Program-made: the position numbers and the translations under genes
Notes under the pieces: generated by a model
Told to the model about the DNA's origin: nothing
Seen by the model: only the letters and a program-made list of their open reading frames with translations
Database searches by the model: none
Shown: positions 28,501 to 37,100 of the stretch, piece after piece
Numbering within the stretch: position 1 is the stretch's first letter
Layout of the letters: every line of letters begins with the position of its first letter
Assembly: GCA_965222075.1 (NCBI GenBank)
Contig: OZ244937.1
Coordinates: 2,016,001-2,080,000 of the forward strand
Direction: 5' to 3'
DNA length: 64,000 bases
Source: Candidatus Latescibacterota bacterium
Lineage (GTDB): Bacteria; Latescibacterota; UBA2968; GCA-2709665

Positions 28501-30969
28501 GAGGCCCGACACATCCACCGTCTCCTCACTCCCTCCCGGGTCCAGCGTCTGCGTGTCAACAGAACCGACCACCTCTATGGGCTTCACGAACAGACGCAGC
28601 GGATCGCCCACACCCGTCCGGATACCCTGATAGCCTTCCGGCGCCTCAGACACGGACGCCAGGCTTACCACGGTCGCGTTGTCCCCACGCTGCGTCACGG
28701 TGATGGGCGTGCTCCTGGTGCTGCCCGTTTCTATGGTGGCCTCGCTGTGCGACAGGCTACCGCCCGTGACGGACAGACGCACACTCATGTTGAACGGCGC
28801 ACCTTCGGAGAGGGTGACCCTCACCCTCCCCGGACCGGGTGCAAACACATCCGGCGTATCTGTCCGTTTCAGTGCCAGCATAAGCGGGAAGGGCGCCCCC
28901 GGGTTGCGGTCCAACCACAGCGATTGCAAGCTGGATAGCCCGGCGAATATACCCTCGGGCAGCGTGTGCAACTTATTCACATAAAGCAACAGGGTCTGAA
29001 GGTCGGACAGGTCGGAGAATACACCTTCGGGCAACACGGTCAAAGCATTGCCCCCCAGGTCCAGCCGTTGCAGGCTGGACAATTTGGAGAACACGCCGTC
29101 GGACAGGCTGCTCAGGGCATTGGCGCCAAGCTGGAGGTCTTGCAAGCTGTCCAGACCGGAGAAAATACCCTCGGGCAATGCGGTCAGACTGTTGCTGCCC
29201 AAACGCAGGACGCTCAGCCTGGACAGGCCGGCAAAATCACCCGCCTTCAAAGCCGTGATCTCCTGCCTCCTCAAATACAGGGTATCCGTAATCGCGCTCA
29301 GGTGCGCCTCTGTGACCAGCGCGCAGTCCGTGACCTCCGGAATCAGGGATAGGAGCGCATCGCGCACCTGTGGGGTGCGCCCGCAAATCCCCGGCGCGGT
29401 CAGCAGCACGGTTACGGCAATCTCCTGCGTCGCACTCCAGCGGCCGTCGTTGGCTGTGACGGTGATGGCTGCACGCCCCACAGCCACAGGGCGGATGGTC
29501 ACGATGGAATCCGACACACTCACCGTCGCAACCGCGTCATCGGACGATGCCGCGCCATACGTCAGCGTCCCCTCACCCGGATGGGTGAACGCGCTTGCCG
29601 CATTCACGCGAACGTCGCCATCGCCCAGGATCAGGGTCTGCGCAGGAATGACGCCCACGGGCACCGGCCCTCCCACAGGTGTGCCGGAAACAGAGGCTGA
29701 CCATGCACTGGTCCCCTCCTCGTTGAGTGTACGCACACGCACCTGATACACCTGGTCGTTGGTCAGCCCTGTAAGCGTGATACTCGTATCGGTGCGACTG
29801 CTCAGGGTCTGCCCGCCCTCCCATTCACCGCTGTCTCCAGGCAGGTGCGTCACCTCATACCCGCTCACCGGGGGCTTGCCCACTTCGTCGGACGCCGCAT
29901 CCCAGCGCACCGTCAATGCGCTGTCACCAGGCGTGACCACCACACCCGGGGGCGGCGCAGCAGGCGGCTCGTCCACATCGGTGACGGTGATGCCCACCAC
30001 AAGACTGGCACGGCCCCCCTCACCGTCACTGACGCGCACGATCACCGAGTAGCTGCTTTGCGCCTCAAAATCATACGCCCCCTGTGTCCGTATCTGCCCC
30101 GTGCCCGCGTCAATGGCAAAACTGTCCGCATCCGCGCCACGCAGACGGTACGCGAGGGTATTGCCATCCGCATCGGTGCCGGAGACGGGGGTGCCGATAT
30201 TTTGTCCCGCCGGAGTGTTCTCAGCGATGGAACGCGTCACCAGCGTCGAGGTGAACACCGGCACGCGGTTCACCGTATTGCCAAAGCTTCGGGCAAAGAT
30301 CTCAAAGTCGTCAAACCCGACCCCCCCATCGCTGTCCAGGTCGTACTTTCCCCCATACTTCTCATCACCCTCCCGATACCCGAACGCGCCTGCAAACAGC
30401 ACAAAGTCCGCAAAATCCACCAGCCCGCTCCCGTCGAAGTCCGGAGAAGGGGGCGCGGCGACCTGTAAGGCAACGCTGAGGGATAGCGTCACCGCCCCGG
30501 TTTGTTCACCCCGGCCCAGTTCAGCGCCCATCAGCCGAATCTCCGTCTCCAAAAACACATCCGTGGTGCGAAATCGCACCGTGCCGATCAGACCTGTATT
30601 CACCGTAGACCCACTCAGGGACGCGATGCCGACCCGAACAGTAGTCGAGTCCTGCTCTACAAGGACCTGCGCATCGGGCAACACATCGCCCGCATCAAAC
30701 CCCCCGTAAACAACCTGAGTCGAATCGTATTCAATGCGCGCGGAAAGACTGCTCGCACCTTGAATATCACTGCCAAAAATCTGAATGGAAACCACCTGGT
30801 CGGGAGACACGTCGAGAGAAGATACGCCCTGGTCGCCAGCGGCATCGTCCAGATCCAGCGCAAGCGAAAAACTGCTGGTCTGTGTGGATAGCGACCACGG
30901 GGAAATCAGGAGCGCCAGGCTCAGCACACTGACGATGACAAGCGCGAAGGGAAATACATAAGGTTTCAC
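25513..30969 (-). CDS. Giant secreted protein: cohesin, dockerin/EF-hand, cadherin, FN3, Ig-like, LRR, polyPro, cadherin, FN3, C-terminal PEP/pyruvate-binding (PPDK_N-like ATP-grasp) domain
   Basis: Signal peptide; DFDGSGLVDFADF...DLDSDGGVGFDDF; LxxLxLxxN repeats; GVKAAN, VPDGFAIP, RSSTNNED..GFNGAGLYDS, MEIEF, QARP. Start placed at GTG 30969 by analogy with paralogs. Confidence 0.9.
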   Translation of the reverse strand: MKPYVFPFALVIVSVLSLALLISPWSLSTQTSSFSLALDLDDAAGDQGVSSLDVSPDQVVSIQIFGSDIQGASSLSARIEYDSTQVVYGGFDAGDVLPDAQVLVEQDSTTVRVGIASLSGSTVNTGLIGTVRFRTTDVFLETEIRLMGAELGRGEQTGAVTLSLSVALQVAAPPSPDFDGSGLVDFADFVLFAGAFGYREGDEKYGGKYDLDSDGGVGFDDFEIFARSFGNTVNRVPVFTSTLVTRSIAENTPAGQNIGTPVSGTDADGNTLAYRLRGADADSFAIDAGTGQIRTQGAYDFEAQSSYSVIVRVSDGEGGRASLVVGITVTDVDEPPAAPPPGVVVTPGDSALTVRWDAASDEVGKPPVSGYEVTHLPGDSGEWEGGQTLSSRTDTSITLTGLTNDQVYQVRVRTLNEEGTSAWSASVSGTPVGGPVPVGVIPAQTLILGDGDVRVNAASAFTHPGEGTLTYGAASSDDAVATVSVSDSIVTIRPVAVGRAAITVTANDGRWSATQEIAVTVLLTAPGICGRTPQVRDALLSLIPEVTDCALVTEAHLSAITDTLYLRRQEITALKAGDFAGLSRLSVLRLGSNSLTALPEGIFSGLDSLQDLQLGANALSSLSDGVFSKLSSLQRLDLGGNALTVLPEGVFSDLSDLQTLLLYVNKLHTLPEGIFAGLSSLQSLWLDRNPGAPFPLMLALKRTDTPDVFAPGPGRVRVTLSEGAPFNMSVRLSVTGGSLSHSEATIETGSTRSTPITVTQRGDNATVVSLASVSEAPEGYQGIRTGVGDPLRLFVKPIEVVGSVDTQTLDPGGSEETVDVSGLFRAEATLTYEVSSSKPNVASVSISGSVVRITSNRPGRATITITAIDAQGNRVETTFRVVVTSPPPPPPPPPPPPPPPRPPPPPPGPNQAPTFDEGPSATRTVAENTEANQNIQHPVRATDEDGHRLTYRLNGADADSFAINAGNGQLRTRSGVTYDYEATKNSYLVMVEADDRNGGTATIDVTIHVADVEEPPGRPSAPRVEAASSTSLTVTWTEPTNTGPDIEDYDVQYRAGSGSFLPWPHDAGTTTTITNLEVNTRYEVQVRATNDEGTGEWSSSGVGGICTEGADAPTPVEVEVTAVPIVVASTTDWYFVLYVRHDVDGATVETPVLVKRGEAGTTTLAENVAALPRERYRVEKYLVTDPADVDGDCIDDLTELDTVDMNPVNPAAAVEFTTGALAIPDLETFKAISFSGYYLKFVLLGMHTDSPRLYFMNTRTTLIHEEFLEAIGIELGQEGMIEGSLMRRGNLVAPDGSPGVYCYWWSYRQHPYSFSVVARAHTLLAASMPLLEDDLAFYISNDALVHSQSDLPLYRESRINLVFDDEFLDETSFLALNPGEGYGLLRVMDPDERPHPRDIVIYEALPNELPRVAGIISTVPQTALSHVNLRAVQDGIPNAFIRGALDKNDIDALIGSHVHYTVTGDGYSIRAATRAEVDAHYESSRPATTQTPQRDLEVTEITPLSEIGFDDWDAFGVKAANVAVLGTLGFPEGTVPDGFAIPFYFYDEFMKHNGFYTRIETMLADEAFQTDFEAQADSLKKLRKAIEDAETPDWIISAIETMNESFSAGINRRYRSSTNNEDLPGFNGAGLYDSKSQKPSEDEKDLAKSLKEVYASLWNFRAFVERDFHRIDHMAAAMGILVHPSYRDELANGVAVSFDPIYGGDGRYYVNTQVGEDLVTNPDAHSVPEEVLLNPPFLPPYIILGTSNQVPPGQLLMSRDQMRQLRERLEVIHEEFEELYDPAADEPFAMEIEFKITSDDVLAIKQARPWVFGTQVDE
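28249..28314 (-). repeat. Polyproline linker (P15-R-P6)
   Basis: Run of CCN codons with one CGT. Confidence 0.95.
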
Positions 30970-31037
30970 GCGATCCAACCTGCCTGTGCGTGTTCGCTGT
31001 GTTGTGTCTCGTTAGAAACGGAAATATCTATATACAG

Positions 31038-31052
31038 GCAAAATACGTGCCA
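31038..31052 (-). promoter_or_regulatory. Sigma54 (-24/-12) promoter of the giant surface-protein genes
   Basis: Minus strand TGGCACGTATTTTGC matches TGGCACG-N4-TTGC exactly, about 70 bp upstream of the start codon. Confidence 0.8.
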
Positions 31053-31236
31053 GATCTCAAAAATATGCCTAACCCATTGCTGTTGAACGAGTTAGGCAGA
31101 ATATATGAGCAGCGGAGAATTTTGGGAAATTGTCGCAAAATGCAACGCCCAAACCCCTCCGAAGAACAAGCCCATGTCTTTATAACTGACTGTTTATTAA
31201 TGTATTTATAGGAAAGTTGTAAGGCGGGAACGAAAG

Positions 31237-31276
31237 AATGTTGCAACTTGCAATGGGTGTTGCAACTTGCAACATT
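31237..31276. promoter_or_regulatory. Repeated TTGCAA(C) palindromic array, putative activator-binding site
   Basis: AATGTTGCAACTTGCAATGGGTGTTGCAACTTGCAACATT: direct repeat plus 10-bp terminal inverted repeat. Confidence 0.5.
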
Positions 31277-31373
31277 AAAGGTGGGTGGTACCGGGGAACC
31301 GTCGCTGAGGAGGGAGTCGTCGAGGCGTATCAGGTAAAAAGAGAGGTTTCACACGGCCCAACCTGCCTGTGCG

Positions 31374-31433
31374 CCTGCCTGCGCCTGCCTGCGCCGGATG
31401 CTCGGCAGGCAGGCCGTTGGCACGGCAGACAGG
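31374..31433. mobile_element. Nested mini-palindromic elements (30 bp inside 30 bp)
   Basis: CCTGCCTGCG[CCTGCCTGCGCCGGATGCTCGGCAGGCAGG]CCGTTGGCACGGCAGACAGG. Confidence 0.8.
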
Positions 31434-31595
31434 TCGGGACAGTGGATGGGTTGGCGAACCCGGGTGGAAGGCGATTTGTTTGAGGAGTTAGAGGCGGGTG
31501 GTTGCGTTTACAACAGGTACTGACGTGGTGTAAGCCTGGCCTGATGTTTACCGCCAGGCCCGCGAGGAATATACCGCTCGCAGTGCGGCCGGCTT

Positions 31596-32828
31596 TCAAG
31601 CAGACGCTACGGGTGAACTGCGGGGCCGTGCCAGCACGGCGAAGGCGACCACGACCGGGAGCAGCACGATCGCGGCCGCCACGAATCCGGCGCGCAATGA
31701 CAATCCGAGCGCGATTGCGCCCAGGAGGGGTCCGCCGATCACCTGGCCGACGGCATCCATCTGCCCCCCGAAGGACAGGACCGTAGCCCGAACGCGCGAG
31801 GGCACAAAGCGGTTCTGCCAGGCGCTCAGCAGCGGGCCACTGGCGCGCCGTAACGGCCCTCGAGCCCAGAACATCGCCATGGCGAATGGAAACCCCGTCG
31901 CCAGGCCAAAGGCCACCAGGCTGCCGACATAGAGGCCCTGCAGGACCACCAGCACGCCGGCCACGGCCCGGTCGCTGGATGTATTCACGGTCCGCCTGAC
32001 GACTTCCAGCAAGCCGAACCCCAGTCCCATCGATACGTAGCTGCTAAGGCCAAACCACGCCACGTAGTCCAGAGGTCCGAGCCGTGGCATTGTGATCGTC
32101 TCCAGCAGGAACGGCGTGGTCAGTCGATCCGGAACTTCGCTCGACGCGCCAAACAGGAACGGTGTCATCACGATGAGGATCAGGACGCGTCGCCGGCGGA
32201 TCACGTGCAGGGCCTGAAGCAATGTGCGCCCCATCGTCCTGAAGGTCTCGCGCTCGTGGGCAGGCAGTGGCCGAAAGCCGTGCTCCGTCATTGCAAGCGC
32301 CGAGAACAGGGCCAGGCCGAGGTACATGAAGCCCCCAACGACGAATGGCAGGCTGCGATCCATACTCGCCAGCGCGACGGATAGCGCCGCCCCCGCCAGC
32401 CCACCGACGAGACCGGCCTGTGAGCCCCGCAGCAGCGCACGTGGCAGACGCTGGACGCCGATTTCATCGGCCAACCACGCGGTTCGAGCCCCGCTGCCGA
32501 ACGTCACCCCGAGTCCCCCCACGACCTGGGCGGCGAGCAGTACGCCAAAAAGCGGGATGGACCCCGCGAGGAGGAAACCGGCGCCTGTAAGCGCCAGTCC
32601 GATAACCACCGAGAGACGGCGGCTGTAGACGTCGGCGACGACGCCAGTGGGAAGCTCAAAGACAAAGACGGTTGCTTCCAGGACGGTTCCGACCAACACA
32701 AGCTGGAGCGCATTGAGGCCGACGGTCTCGACCTGATAGACGAGGCTCGTTGTGATGACCGTCGCGACGGCGAGCCCCTCGACGGCCGACATGCCGACCG
32801 AAAGTGGGTAGGCGGGCAGCCGCTTCAT
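31596..32828 (-). CDS. MFS transporter (TetA(P)-like)
   Basis: LQLVLVGTVLE, FELPTGVVADVYSRR, RVRATVLS. Confidence 0.88.
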   Translation of the reverse strand: MKRLPAYPLSVGMSAVEGLAVATVITTSLVYQVETVGLNALQLVLVGTVLEATVFVFELPTGVVADVYSRRLSVVIGLALTGAGFLLAGSIPLFGVLLAAQVVGGLGVTFGSGARTAWLADEIGVQRLPRALLRGSQAGLVGGLAGAALSVALASMDRSLPFVVGGFMYLGLALFSALAMTEHGFRPLPAHERETFRTMGRTLLQALHVIRRRRVLILIVMTPFLFGASSEVPDRLTTPFLLETITMPRLGPLDYVAWFGLSSYVSMGLGFGLLEVVRRTVNTSSDRAVAGVLVVLQGLYVGSLVAFGLATGFPFAMAMFWARGPLRRASGPLLSAWQNRFVPSRVRATVLSFGGQMDAVGQVIGGPLLGAIALGLSLRAGFVAAAIVLLPVVVAFAVLARPRSSPVASA

Positions 32829-33778
32829 TCGAACAACCCTCGAACCCGATGAATTGCCTCCTCCGACAGCGGCTTTCCGGACGCCTTCACATTCTCCACC
32901 ACCTGCGCAGGTGTCTTGGCCCCCGGGATCACCGTTGACACCGCGGGCTGCGCCAGCACGAACCTCAGCGCCGCCTCGGCCAGCGAGTCCGCCTCTTCCA
33001 GGAGAAAATCGAGCTGCGCGACCATCTCGGCCGTCTGCTTCACCTTTTCCGGTGGAAACCGCAGGCTCCGCAGGTCGCTTTGGGGGAACACCGTCTCTGC
33101 GTTGTACTTCCCCGTCAGCCAGCCCGAAGCCAGCGGCACCCGGACGATGATCCCCACCCCCTTCTCCAGGGCGGACGGAAAAAGCATATCCCCCTCCTTC
33201 TGCTGCAGGATATTGTAGACCAGCTGAATCGATGTCGCTCCTCCCTCCATCGCCCGCATCCCCTCCTCCACCACCCGATCCGACGACTCCACCGCGTTGA
33301 TCGATACCCCCCAGGTGCGGATCTTCCCCGAAGCCTTCAACGCTTCCATCAACCCGAACAACTCGTCCGTCATCAGCTCCAGGGGGGGGCCGTGAAGCTG
33401 GTAGAGATCCACATAATCCCGCTCCAGGCGGGTCAGACTCGCGTCCAGCGCCCCCCGGATGTACGGCTCTGAAAAATCCTGTCCCGGAGCGGCCAGGCTG
33501 TTCCCGACCTTGGTATTGATCACCGCCGCCGCCTTGTGCTCGTACAGCCCCATTCCCACCAGCACCTCGCTCTTCCCCCGCCCGTACGCATCAGCCGTAT
33601 CGTAAAACGTCACACCCAGATCCCACGCCCGCCGCACCGTCTCAACCGACGCCATAATATCCGCGCCTGACCAGCCGGTCGGGCTCCCTCCCCGAAACGA
33701 CGCCCCACCAATGGGCCAGCATCCCAGCCCAATCTCCGAGACCTCGATCCCCGTTCTCCCAAGTGTCCGATACTCCAT
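32825..33778 (-). CDS. Aldo/keto reductase
   Basis: MEYRTLGRTGIEVSEIGLG, YDTADAYG, DLYQLH, VSTVIPGAKT. Confidence 0.93.
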   Translation of the reverse strand: MEYRTLGRTGIEVSEIGLGCWPIGGASFRGGSPTGWSGADIMASVETVRRAWDLGVTFYDTADAYGRGKSEVLVGMGLYEHKAAAVINTKVGNSLAAPGQDFSEPYIRGALDASLTRLERDYVDLYQLHGPPLELMTDELFGLMEALKASGKIRTWGVSINAVESSDRVVEEGMRAMEGGATSIQLVYNILQQKEGDMLFPSALEKGVGIIVRVPLASGWLTGKYNAETVFPQSDLRSLRFPPEKVKQTAEMVAQLDFLLEEADSLAEAALRFVLAQPAVSTVIPGAKTPAQVVENVKASGKPLSEEAIHRVRGLFE

Positions 33779-33795
33779 TCCGGATCTCCTTTCCT

Positions 33796-34575
33796 TTATA
33801 TCCCGACGAATTCTTCTCCTTCGGGATACAGGTGCCGCATTCTTGGAATGTACTTCTTCAACCACCGATCATTCGTTTCGTCGCCCCCCGGAATATTTGT
33901 ACACATCCACATAGGAGGATCGATATTTTCTTCGGCGCAAAGTTCCACAACCCGGATCACCAGCAGCTGTACGATCAAACAGGACGTCATGGTCGACGCG
34001 ACCCCCACCGGCTGTGAAACCCCCGGCACTGCAACAACCTGTTCGTCTGCGGACGTATGCGTGTCAATAACAATATCCACCACCTCCCCAAGATTCTTCC
34101 GGCTGGGGTGCCTCGCCACGAAATCCTCAGGGGTATGCTCACTGAAGGCCTTGCTGGTGATGCCGATCACCACTGCCGCCCGCTTTTTGGCCGCTAAGGC
34201 CATATCGATGGTTGCCGCGTTCATCCCGTAATAATTGCACACAATCACCACATCCTCCGGCCGCACATCGTGATAGGCCATCGTTGCGCCCCCCATCCCC
34301 GCCACCCGTTCCAGGCAGGGCTTCCCGTCGAACAACCCCAGCCCCGGTCCGAACACAATACTCGCATTCGCCAGACCGCCCGCCCGGTAGAACATCTCCA
34401 TCGCGGGAATCTGGGAATGTCCTCCCGCCCCGGCAACGTGGATGATCGCATCCCGCCTGATGGCCTCAACCAGCGCCTGAGCAGCCTCTTCTATCTGGCC
34501 GGAACTCTCCCGCACGATTTTTTCCAACAGATCGTTCACATGGTCCAGAAATTCCCGACAACCCTTGCTGGGCAT
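33796..34575 (-). CDS. SIS-domain sugar isomerase family protein
   Basis: GAGGHS, EMFYRAGGL, GITS, RHPS motifs. Confidence 0.85.
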   Translation of the reverse strand: MPSKGCREFLDHVNDLLEKIVRESSGQIEEAAQALVEAIRRDAIIHVAGAGGHSQIPAMEMFYRAGGLANASIVFGPGLGLFDGKPCLERVAGMGGATMAYHDVRPEDVVIVCNYYGMNAATIDMALAAKKRAAVVIGITSKAFSEHTPEDFVARHPSRKNLGEVVDIVIDTHTSADEQVVAVPGVSQPVGVASTMTSCLIVQLLVIRVVELCAEENIDPPMWMCTNIPGGDETNDRWLKKYIPRMRHLYPEGEEFVGI

Positions 34576-34623
34576 CGTTGCCCTCCATAACGTTTAGTGG
34601 TTTGAAAAACCCACGCCAAAAAA

Positions 34624-35877
34624 TCACGAAGCAGATCCCGCCGCCGGGACCCCGTCCGCCAATGCCGCCTCTTCCGCCTCTTTCTCTTTGCTCAACAGGC
34701 CTTCCGGGTCCACCCACTGGCTCACCACCAGGGAAATCAGCGCCAGTGCGGACCCGCTGAAAAAGATCACCTGGTACCCGAAGTAGTGCCACGCCAGCCC
34801 GCCGATCAGGGGCGCGGCCACGGCCGCGAAGTGGTTCATCGTCACCCCCATCGAAAGCGTCGGCTTCAGGTCTTCCTCCGGCGCAATCTTGTGGAGGTAG
34901 GTCGTCAGAGCGATGTCTCCAACGAAAACCAGATTGTCGACGCAGTAGAGCACGTAGAGCGTGGGCCGGTGCAGGACCACCGCGTACCCGAAAAACACGA
35001 ACATCAGACCCAGGTAGCTCGCACTCAGCATCGGCCGCTCCCCGTACCGGTCCACCAGCCGTCCCATCAGCGGCGCAATCGCCGCAACCAGCATCTGGTT
35101 GACCAGCATCAGGACCATCGTCGTTCCAACCGGCATCCCGTGCACCTTCACCAGCGCAAAGATCGCAAATGTAAGAAACATCTGCCTCCGGCAGCCCTGG
35201 AGAAAATGGATCGCATAGTAAAGCCCGTAGCGCCGCTTGAACACAAACCCCTTCCCCCGGACCCGGGATTGCTTTCGGGATGCAAACATCACCGCCACGC
35301 CGCCCAGGATGGGTGCGATTCCGGCCACCACAAAAAGCCCCTCATAGCGGAGCAGGTGAAAGCTTAGAATACAGATCCCGATCGTCAGCAACCACGCCGC
35401 ACTCTGCACGCTTCGGAGCTGCCCCAGCCACCTCCCTTTTTTTCCCTCCGGGGAATACGCCAGCCCCATTGCCTGCTCTAAGGGGATCCAACAGTGGAAC
35501 CCGATGCTCCAGAACACCGAATAAAGCGCCAGGGCAAACACCGTTGTCACCCCGGCATACGCTGCAATCCCCAGCCCCATCACAACCAGGGACACCCCGG
35601 CCACCAGGGGAGGCGCCAGCCGGATCATCACCGCAATAAACAGGGCGTTCAAAAACCCCGGCACCTCCCGCAGCGCCTCCACGTACCCCAGCTCGTGGGG
35701 CTCGATTCCCAGCCGCTCCACGATAAAATTGTTAAACAGCGTCAGCTGAACCCCAAAAAAGACCCCCACGGAAAAGACCGCGCAGGCCAGCAGCCTGAAG
35801 TCCCGGTTCCACTCCGCAAATGGATTCTTGAAACGGTTCAACGTCGGCCTCCACCTCAGTTCCCTAAAGGCTCCCAC
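34624..35877 (-). CDS. MFS transporter
   Basis: About 12 hydrophobic segments, REVPGFL, GRLVDRYGER; start position uncertain. Confidence 0.88.
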   Translation of the reverse strand: MGAFRELRWRPTLNRFKNPFAEWNRDFRLLACAVFSVGVFFGVQLTLFNNFIVERLGIEPHELGYVEALREVPGFLNALFIAVMIRLAPPLVAGVSLVVMGLGIAAYAGVTTVFALALYSVFWSIGFHCWIPLEQAMGLAYSPEGKKGRWLGQLRSVQSAAWLLTIGICILSFHLLRYEGLFVVAGIAPILGGVAVMFASRKQSRVRGKGFVFKRRYGLYYAIHFLQGCRRQMFLTFAIFALVKVHGMPVGTTMVLMLVNQMLVAAIAPLMGRLVDRYGERPMLSASYLGLMFVFFGYAVVLHRPTLYVLYCVDNLVFVGDIALTTYLHKIAPEEDLKPTLSMGVTMNHFAAVAAPLIGGLAWHYFGYQVIFFSGSALALISLVVSQWVDPEGLLSKEKEAEEAALADGVPAAGSAS

Positions 35878-36797
35878 ACCTCTCCAAATACCGACCGCAG
35901 CCTGGCCATATCCTCCTCCGGAAGCGGCGGCCCCAGGATCGCCTCGACGTTATCCTCTAAGTGTTTGATATTCGCCGTCCCCGTCAGAACCGTTGACATC
36001 GCCGGGTGGGCCGCCACGTACTTGTACCCGGCCGCCGGAAGCGACGTCACGTGGTCCTTGATCAGCCAGCCAAGCGGGTCGTCGTCCGGCAGCGCATCAG
36101 GCGCAATCAACCCTTGCGCCACCGCATCGGCGATCCGCTCTTTCAGCACCTCCGACCGACTCAAGGCCCGGCGTACCGCCACCATGCAAATCACCCCCAC
36201 GTTCCTCTCCCGGCACATCGGCAGCACCATGTGCTCCGGCGTCGGGCTCAACAGGCTGTAGCCCACCATCGCCGTATCGAACAGGTCGTCCTTCAGCGCC
36301 ATCGGAAACATCTCGTGACGCGGGTCCTGAGAATAGGTCTCCGAGACCCCCAGGAACCGGAACTTTCCCTGATCCTGAAGCCGCTTCATCACCGGCACAA
36401 AGATCTCAATCGTCCGCTGGTAGTCCTCCGGCTTGACCCCGTGGAACTGCATCACATCGATCGTCTCCACTCGCAACCGCTTCAGGCTCCGCTCGACCGA
36501 TTCCACGGCCTCCTCCGGCGTTGCCGTCCACGCGTCCCGCGCCGCCTGGAACTTCGTGGCCACGATGTAGTCCTCCCTCGGCACGCCCTCAAGCGCCCGG
36601 CCCAGGATCACCTCGCTCTCCTTGTATCCGGCCGCCGTATCGAAAAAATTGATCCCCAGGTCCAGCGCCCGGTGCACCAGCCGGGTCACGTCCGGTTCCG
36701 GCACCCCCGTACTCTGCCCAAAATTGCTCGGCCCCCCCGTCCCGATGCCCATCACCGACACGCGAAGCCCGGTCCTGCCAAGCGTACGGTATTCCAT
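35856..36797 (-). CDS. Aldo/keto reductase
   Basis: MEYRTLGRTGLRVS, FFDTAAGY, VATKF, DVMQFH. Confidence 0.92.
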   Translation of the reverse strand: MEYRTLGRTGLRVSVMGIGTGGPSNFGQSTGVPEPDVTRLVHRALDLGINFFDTAAGYKESEVILGRALEGVPREDYIVATKFQAARDAWTATPEEAVESVERSLKRLRVETIDVMQFHGVKPEDYQRTIEIFVPVMKRLQDQGKFRFLGVSETYSQDPRHEMFPMALKDDLFDTAMVGYSLLSPTPEHMVLPMCRERNVGVICMVAVRRALSRSEVLKERIADAVAQGLIAPDALPDDDPLGWLIKDHVTSLPAAGYKYVAAHPAMSTVLTGTANIKHLEDNVEAILGPPLPEEDMARLRSVFGEVWEPLGN

Positions 36798-37100
36798 TGA
36801 TGATCTCCCTGATCAGCTATCATAAGGATTCCTGTTCTCAACCGATTGGATCTAAGCAGCTTCTAATATACGTCATCCTGCAACCGGGTGCCACCCTTTT
36901 GCCGGTGTGGGCCTCTCTCCCCGATGAAAAGGCGAGAATTTTCTACTTGCATAATTCGGTCTATTGACATACTCATGGGCATTCATAATTGTTCACGGTG
37001 CATCCCCACGCACGTTCAACCCTGGAACGTCTCTACGTTCTATCGTTCTATCGTCGCTAATACGAAGATTTGAGGATCCACCCTTTACCAAGGAGCCATT

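Noticed and set aside
16675-30969. Diversity-generating retroelement acting on the surface proteins
   Set aside because: No reverse transcriptase in the window, and paralog differences do not look adenine-specific.
31237-31276. TTGCAAC repeats as a possible CRISPR array
   Set aside because: Only two short units with no spacers of CRISPR length and no cas genes; better explained as a regulatory site.
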